Made by a program: the position numbers and the translations under genes
Assembly (NCBI GenBank): GCA_963761335.1
Contig: CAVXGR010000012.1
Coordinates: 416,001 to 480,000, forward strand
Length of the DNA stretch: 64,000 nucleotides
Direction: 5' to 3'
DNA from: an uncultured delta proteobacterium
Lineage (GTDB): Bacteria > Desulfobacterota > Binatia > HRBIN30 > BPIQ01
In this document: positions 55,157 through 64,000 of the stretch, in pieces
Layout: every line of letters starts with the position of its first letter
How positions within the stretch are numbered: position 1 is the stretch's first letter
The notes under the pieces: model-generated
Databases searched by the model: none
Told to the model about the DNA's origin: nothing
Seen by the model: the letters and a program-made list of their open reading frames with translations, nothing else

Positions 55157-56344
55157 ATGAGGACCATCAACCGATACATATTCCGGGAAATCCTCATCCC
55201 CTTCTTCCTGGGATTGGGCATCTTCACCTTCATCCTCCTGATCGCGCGCATTCTCAAGCTGGTGGAGCTGGTGGTCAACCGCGGCGTGCCCGTGTGGGAG
55301 ATCATCAAGCTGTTCTCCTATATCCTTCCCGCCTTCCTCGAGGTCACCGTGCCTATGGCACTGCTGCTGGCGATCCTGGTCGCCTTCGGGCGGATGTCCG
55401 CGGACAGCGAGGTCGTCGCCATGAAGGCCAGCGGCCTGAGCCTCTACCAGCTCGCCAAGCCGGTGCTCGCCTTCACGCTGATCGTCTACGCCGTCAGCAT
55501 GAGCCTCTCGCTCTACGTGCGGCCGTGGGGCAACTCGCTGCTGAAGACGGGGCTCTACGAGGTGGCGAAAAAGCGCGCCAGCGTCGGCGTGCGCGAGAAG
55601 GTCTTCAACGCCGACTTTCCCGGGCTGGTCATCTACGTCGACAAGGTGAACCGCGGCGGCCAGTCCTTCAACGGCGTCATGATCTCCGACACCCGCGACG
55701 CCAACCAGCACAACACCGTCTTCGCCCGCGTCGGCATCCTGGTGAACAACGAGGAGTCGAAGACCCTGACCCTGCGCCTCCTGGACGGTCGCATCGAGAC
55801 CACCAGCCCCGGAAACAGCACCTTTCACGAGACCGAGTTCGCCATCTATGACATCAACCTGGACTGGGGGGTGGCGCTCGCCAACCTCAAGCCCCGGGAG
55901 AAGGATCCCAAGGAAATGACCCTACCGGAGCTGCGCCAGGTAATCCGGCAGAAGCACAGTGCCGGGCTACCGGCCTTCGTCGAGCAGGTCGAGGTGCAGC
56001 GCAAGTTCTCCATCCCCTTCGCCTGCCTGGTGTTCGCCTCCCTGGGCATTCCCCTCGGCATCCAGAGCTCGCGCAGCGTGCGCTCGCGCGGCTTCTCGGT
56101 GAGCCTGGTTCTCATCTTCCTCTATTATATTCTGCTGAGCCTGGCGGAGAACCTCGGGGAACGCGGCTCGGTGTCTCCGGCCCTGGCGATGTGGATCCCC
56201 AACCTGGTGTTCGCCACCGGCGGCGCCTATCTCTTCTACGCTGCGGCCCAGGAACGGACGCCGCATCCCGTGGCGACCGTCGAGGGCTGGATCGCGGGCG
56301 TGCGCGCCCGCGTCGCCTCGCACTTCACCACCAGCACCGGATAA
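55157..56344 (+). CDS. lptF: LPS export ABC permease LptF
   Basis: RYIFRE, GRMSADSEVVAMKASG, 3+3 TM layout, AMWIPN. Confidence 0.9.
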   Translation: MRTINRYIFREILIPFFLGLGIFTFILLIARILKLVELVVNRGVPVWEIIKLFSYILPAFLEVTVPMALLLAILVAFGRMSADSEVVAMKASGLSLYQLAKPVLAFTLIVYAVSMSLSLYVRPWGNSLLKTGLYEVAKKRASVGVREKVFNADFPGLVIYVDKVNRGGQSFNGVMISDTRDANQHNTVFARVGILVNNEESKTLTLRLLDGRIETTSPGNSTFHETEFAIYDINLDWGVALANLKPREKDPKEMTLPELRQVIRQKHSAGLPAFVEQVEVQRKFSIPFACLVFASLGIPLGIQSSRSVRSRGFSVSLVLIFLYYILLSLAENLGERGSVSPALAMWIPNLVFATGGAYLFYAAAQERTPHPVATVEGWIAGVRARVASHFTTSTG

Positions 56345-56349
56345 CCCAC

Positions 56350-57450
56350 TTGCTCCAGCCACAACGGCTCCCCTTCACGGTCATCAGCCGCTACGTGCTG
56401 CGGGAGTTCTTCAACCTCTTCGCCCTCACCGTCGCCGCCTTCTCGGCGGTCTACGTGATCGTCGACTTCTTCGATCGCCTGGGGAAGATCCTCGCCAACG
56501 ACGCCTCGGCATCCGCAGCGCTCCGTTTCCTGCTCTTCAAGCTGCCCCTGATCATCACCCAGGTGATCCCGCCGGCAGTGCTGGCGGCAGTGCTGGTGAG
56601 CCTCGGCATGCTGGGACGGCGCAACGAGCTGATTGCGCTGCGCGCCAGCGGCGTCAGCCTGCTGCGCATCGCCCTCCCTCTGCTCGGGGCCGCCACCCTG
56701 ATCAGTGTCGCCGTCCTCGGCTGGAACGAGACGGTGGTTCCCTATGCCACGCACCGCTCGCAGGACGTCAACCTCTTCGAGATCCGCCGCCAGGCGCGGC
56801 CCACGATGCTGAGCGACCGCGAGATCTGGTACCACGGCGCCGACGGATTCTACAACATCGACCATGTCGATCGCGCCCGGCAGACGCTCTACGGGGTGGT
56901 GATCTACCGGGTCAGCCCGGAGTTCCAGCTGCAGAACACGGTCGAGATCAAGGAGGCCCACTGGGCCGGCGATCACTGGAAGATCCCGCAGGCGGTCGAG
57001 CGGCGCATCAGCGATGACGGCGATGTCACCGTCGTGCAGATCGACCCCAGCACCCTCCTGCGCCACGAGCAGCTCGCCGATTTTCTCGAGGTCTACCGGG
57101 AGCCGGAGGAGATGAGCTACGCCATGCTGCGCGAGCGCATCCTGGCGCTCACCCGCAAGGGCATCGACGCCGGCAACTATCTGGTCGATCTCCACCTGAA
57201 GCTCGCCGTCCCCTTCGCCAGCCTGGTGCTCGCCGCCCTCGGCATCCCCATTGCCGGGCGCCTGCGTCGCCACGTCAGCGTCGCCTCGGTGGTGGGCATC
57301 GGCATCGCCGTCGGCTTTTCTTACTGGGTGATCCTCGCCCTCGGCATGTCGCTCGGCAAGAGCGGCGTCCTGCCGCCGTTCGCCGCTGCCTGGTCGGCGA
57401 ACATCATCTGCAGCCTGGCCGCCGTCTTTCTCTTTCTCAGCGCCGAGTGA
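56350..57450 (+). CDS. lptG: LPS export ABC permease LptG
   Basis: RYVLRE, RNELIALRASG, AAWSAN; start codon uncertain. Confidence 0.9.
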   Translation: MLQPQRLPFTVISRYVLREFFNLFALTVAAFSAVYVIVDFFDRLGKILANDASASAALRFLLFKLPLIITQVIPPAVLAAVLVSLGMLGRRNELIALRASGVSLLRIALPLLGAATLISVAVLGWNETVVPYATHRSQDVNLFEIRRQARPTMLSDREIWYHGADGFYNIDHVDRARQTLYGVVIYRVSPEFQLQNTVEIKEAHWAGDHWKIPQAVERRISDDGDVTVVQIDPSTLLRHEQLADFLEVYREPEEMSYAMLRERILALTRKGIDAGNYLVDLHLKLAVPFASLVLAALGIPIAGRLRRHVSVASVVGIGIAVGFSYWVILALGMSLGKSGVLPPFAAAWSANIICSLAAVFLFLSAE

Positions 57451-57456
57451 ACGGGC

Positions 57457-58491
57457 TCAGGGGCCCCACGGCGACAGCCGCAGACCGTCGGTCTCGGCGA
57501 GCGCGAACATGACGTTCATGTTCTGGATCGCCTGCCCGGCGGCCCCCTTGCCGAGGTTGTCGAGGGCGGTGACCAGCACCACGGTGCCGGTGCTCTCGTC
57601 CAGACGCCAGCCGATGGCGCAGACGTTGGTGCCGCGCGTCTCGCGCACCTCGGGCCAGCGGCCGGGGCAGAGCCGGACGAAAGGCTCGTGGTCGTAGGCG
57701 GCGGCCAGCGCCTGGTCGAGGCGCGCACTGCTGCACCCGGGGGCGGCCGCAGCGTAGATGGTGCTCAGAATGCCGCGGCTCATCGGCACTAGATGCGGAG
57801 AGAAGAGCGTGGCCACGGCGCGACCCGTGAGCCGCTCGATGTCCTCGTCGATCTCCGGGCCGTGGCGATGGGCGCCGATCGAGTAGGCACGCACGCTCTC
57901 GTTGACCTCGGCGAAGAGCTGCTCGATCGCCGCCTTGCGGCGCGCCCCGGTGACTCCGGACTTGGCGTCGATGATCACCGGGGCGTCGATCAGGCCAGCG
58001 CGCAAGAGCGGCACCAGCGCCAGCAGAGCCCCGGTCGGGTAGCAACCGGGGTTGGCGACCAGCGGCGCCGTGCGGATCTCCTCGCGATGCAGCTCGGTGA
58101 GTCCGTAGACGGCGGCGCGGCGCAGGACGGGAGCGGGGTCGTCGCCGTACCAGCGCCTATGCCGGGCATCGTCCTTGATACGGAAGGCGGCGCTGACGTC
58201 GATGACGCGCACGCCGGCCTCGACCAGCTGCGGCAGCAGCGTCGCGGAGGCCGCCTCCGGCAGTGCCGCGATGGCGACGTCGACGCGGCCGGCGAGCCGC
58301 TGCGGGTCGGCGGGCTCGAGCTCCCAGTCCGCCTCGGCCAGGAAGGGGTGAACGGCGTTCAGGCGCTGCCCGACGTGCTGCTCGGCGGTCACCGCGGCCA
58401 CTGCGGCGCGCGGGTGGCCGAGCAACAGGCGGACCGCTTCCGCGCCGCTGTAGCCCGTGGCTCCGAGAACGCCGACACGCACCTGCTCCAT
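57457..58491 (-). CDS. argC: N-acetyl-gamma-glutamyl-phosphate reductase
   Basis: GATGYSG, ANPGCYPT, SGVTGA, DNLGKGAAGQA. Confidence 0.96.
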   Translation of the reverse strand: MEQVRVGVLGATGYSGAEAVRLLLGHPRAAVAAVTAEQHVGQRLNAVHPFLAEADWELEPADPQRLAGRVDVAIAALPEAASATLLPQLVEAGVRVIDVSAAFRIKDDARHRRWYGDDPAPVLRRAAVYGLTELHREEIRTAPLVANPGCYPTGALLALVPLLRAGLIDAPVIIDAKSGVTGARRKAAIEQLFAEVNESVRAYSIGAHRHGPEIDEDIERLTGRAVATLFSPHLVPMSRGILSTIYAAAAPGCSSARLDQALAAAYDHEPFVRLCPGRWPEVRETRGTNVCAIGWRLDESTGTVVLVTALDNLGKGAAGQAIQNMNVMFALAETDGLRLSPWGP

Positions 58492-58510
58492 GAGAAAGCC
58501 TCCGGAAACG

Positions 58511-58537
58511 AAAAAGGGGGGCCGCAGCCCCCCTTCC
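58511..58537 (-). terminator. intrinsic terminator after rpsI
   Basis: Minus strand AAGGGGGGC-TGCG-GCCCCCCTTTTT. Confidence 0.75.
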
Positions 58538-58543
58538 CGCGTT

Positions 58544-58942
58544 TTACCGCTTCGAGTACTGCGGCCGCTTGCGCGCCTTGTGGCGCCCGTACTTCTTGCG
58601 CTCGACCTTGCGCGGGTCGCGCGTGACGAAGCCGGCCTTCTTCAGCGCCGGCCGCATCTCGGCATCGATCTCCATCAGCGCCCGGGTGATGCCGTGCCGG
58701 ATGGCGGCGGCCTGCGCCGACACGCCGCCGCCGCGCACGTTGACGCGAACGTCGAACTTGCCGGCGGTCTCCGTCAGCTCGAACGGCTGATTGACGATCA
58801 TGCGCGAGGTCGGCCGCCCGAAGTAATCCTCCAGGCTGCGCTGGTTGACGATGACCTCGCCGCTGCCCGGGAGCAGCGATACGCGCGCCACCGCCCGCTT
58901 GCGCTTACCCGTTGCCTGATATCGTGCCACTCGCTCTGCCAT
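58544..58942 (-). CDS. rpsI: 30S ribosomal protein S9
   Basis: [23 protein letters not shown]. Confidence 0.98.
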   Translation of the reverse strand: MAERVARYQATGKRKRAVARVSLLPGSGEVIVNQRSLEDYFGRPTSRMIVNQPFELTETAGKFDVRVNVRGGGVSAQAAAIRHGITRALMEIDAEMRPALKKAGFVTRDPRKVERKKYGRHKARKRPQYSKR

Positions 58943-58945
58943 CGT

Positions 58946-59392
58946 CTACTCCTGCACCGCCACCGGCGTCGGCTGCTGGGCCTCGTGCGGGTGCTCCGCC
59001 TGCCGGTAGATCTTCAGCTTCTTGGCCAATTGCCGCCCGAGGCGGTTCTTGGGCAGCATGCCCTCGACCGCGGAGCGCAGCACGCGCTCGGGTCGCTCCT
59101 CCAGCACCTGCGCGGCCACCACCTGGCGGATGCCGCCGGGGTAGCCGGTGTGCCGGTAGTACACCTTCTGATCGGCCTTCTTCCCCGTCAGCCGCACCGT
59201 GGCGGCGTTGATGATGACGACGAAGTCGCCGCAATCCACGTGCGGAGTGAAGGTGGGCTTTCCCTTGCCGCGCAGCAGATTGGCCACCATGGTGGCGACT
59301 CGGCCGACGACCTGGTCCCGCGCATCGACGAGGTACCAGCGGCGAGCCTCGAGGCTCTCCTCCCGCGTCGGCATGTACGTTTGTCCCTTCAT
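58946..59392 (-). CDS. rplM: 50S ribosomal protein L13
   Basis: LRGKGKPTFTPHVDCGD, HTGYPGG, HPHEAQQP. Confidence 0.98.
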   Translation of the reverse strand: MKGQTYMPTREESLEARRWYLVDARDQVVGRVATMVANLLRGKGKPTFTPHVDCGDFVVIINAATVRLTGKKADQKVYYRHTGYPGGIRQVVAAQVLEERPERVLRSAVEGMLPKNRLGRQLAKKLKIYRQAEHPHEAQQPTPVAVQE

Positions 59393-59422
59393 TTCCTTCG
59401 ACTCCTCGATCGCACCAAAGTT

Positions 59423-59448
59423 GAAAACCCCTCCTGCGAGGGGTTTTC
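59423..59448 (-). terminator. terminator-like hairpin 3' of tRNA-Asp
   Basis: GAAAACCCCTC-N4-GAGGGGTTTTC. Confidence 0.65.
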
Positions 59449-59453
59449 CAGAG

Positions 59454-59527
59454 CGGGGCCGACGAGACTCGAACTCGCGACCTCCTGCGTGACAGGCAGG
59501 CGTTCTAACCAGCTGAACTACGACCCC
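59454..59527 (-). tRNA. tRNA-Asp(GTC)
   Basis: GGGGTCG stem, loop CTGTCAC, GTTCGA. Confidence 0.95.
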
Positions 59528-59598
59528 TCGGTCCGAACCTTGTCTGATACATCAGAAGCCGTTCCGGATCAATCCGGATGGCGCCCCGGAGGGTGAAA

Positions 59599-59673
59599 TG
59601 GTGGGCGGTATCCGATTTGAACGGATGACCACCGGCTTGTAAGGCCGATGCTCTCCCCCTGAGCTAACCGCCC
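59599..59673 (-). tRNA. tRNA-Val(TAC)
   Basis: GGGCGGT stem, loop CTTACAA, CCA encoded. Confidence 0.95.
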
Positions 59674-59695
59674 GCGGCTCCCCTTCTGGTGTTCC

Positions 59696-59968
59696 TCAGT
59701 TCAGGGAGTCCTTGAGAGTCTTGCCGGCCTTGAACTTGGCCGCCCGCGAGGCGGCGATCTCGATGCTCTCGCCGGTCTTGGGGTTGCGCCCGGTGCGCGC
59801 CTTGCGCGAGGAGACGGCAAACGTCCCGAAGCCCGAGATGTTCACCTTGTCCCCCTGCTTGAGGGCCTCGACGATGTCGTCGAACAGCGTGTTGACGGCG
59901 CGCTCTGCGGTCGCGCGAGGGAGATCCACCTTGCTGGCAACGGACTCGATGAGGTCGGCCTTGGTCAT
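59696..59968 (-). CDS. hup: DNA-binding protein HU
   Basis: MTKADLI, GFGTF, ARTGRNPKTG, FKAGKTLK. Confidence 0.96.
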   Translation of the reverse strand: MTKADLIESVASKVDLPRATAERAVNTLFDDIVEALKQGDKVNISGFGTFAVSSRKARTGRNPKTGESIEIAASRAAKFKAGKTLKDSLN

Positions 59969-60025
59969 GGCGGGGCGTATAACAAGCGGATCTCCGTCAA
60001 GTCAAGGCGGCGACGAAGGGGGCGC

Positions 60026-62467
<2,442 letters not shown>

Positions 62468-62491
62468 TGATCCTCCCAGGCAAGTGCGCGC

Positions 62492-63745
<1,254 letters not shown>

Positions 63746-63757
63746 GGCGCCTCCACC

Positions 63758-64000
63758 TCACACTTTCTTCGGAACGCGGCTGACGATGACCTCGTCCACC
63801 AGCCCGTACTCCACCGCTTGCTTGCCGGTCATGAACATGTCGCGATCGGTGTCTTTTTCGATGCGTTTCAGGCTCTGTCCCGTATGGCGAACCAGGATGT
63901 TGTTCATCTGCTCGCGAATGCGCAGGATCTCGCGGGCCTGGATGTCGATGTCGACGGCCTGCCCCTGCACGCCTCCGAGCGGCTGGTGGATCATGATGCG
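63758..64000 (-). CDS. clpP: Clp protease proteolytic subunit, C-terminal part
   Basis: [18 protein letters not shown]; upstream of clpX. Confidence 0.95.
   Translation of the reverse strand, partial: RIMIHQPLGGVQGQAVDIDIQAREILRIREQMNNILVRHTGQSLKRIEKDTDRDMFMTGKQAVEYGLVDEVIVSRVPKKV

Overview
GC-rich bacterial chromosome segment. The gene content looks deltaproteobacterial (possibly Binatota-like; this is an impression, not a tested assignment). About 42 kb (21.9-64 kb) is core housekeeping. From right to left it holds clpP-clpX-lon-hup, two tRNAs, rplM-rpsI, argC, lptFG and rlmB. A contiguous minus-strand cluster follows, running from a four-tRNA operon through tuf-rpmG-tRNA-Trp-secE-nusG-rplKAJL-rpoBC-rpsLG-fusA-tuf-S10-spc-alpha. 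rpoB carries a 1-nt frameshift in a C5G5 run, probably a sequencing error. The left 22 kb is more accessory and envelope-related. It contains a ferredoxin fused to a membrane and beta-rich region (missed by the ORF track), a K+-dependent membrane pyrophosphatase, two tandem Lpp/OprI-like alanine-zipper lipoproteins, two Zn-dependent dehydrogenases, era-glycosyltransferase/methyltransferase-der, gmhA with a deoxyhypusine-synthase-like gene, gmd and DUF72. It also has a tandem pair of unannotated secreted Cys-rich paralogues, a GTAG REP-like doublet, dnaB and a hydrolase-thiolase-fabI operon. The best candidate for an undescribed system is the secreted paralogue pair at 14.3-16.6 kb. The two proteins share a scaffold but carry a 4-Cys module in different loops, and one gene shows the same odd G-ending codon skew as the duplicated tuf genes. 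No CRISPR array, rRNA, transposase or prophage was seen. All family assignments come from motif recognition by eye; no database searches were run.
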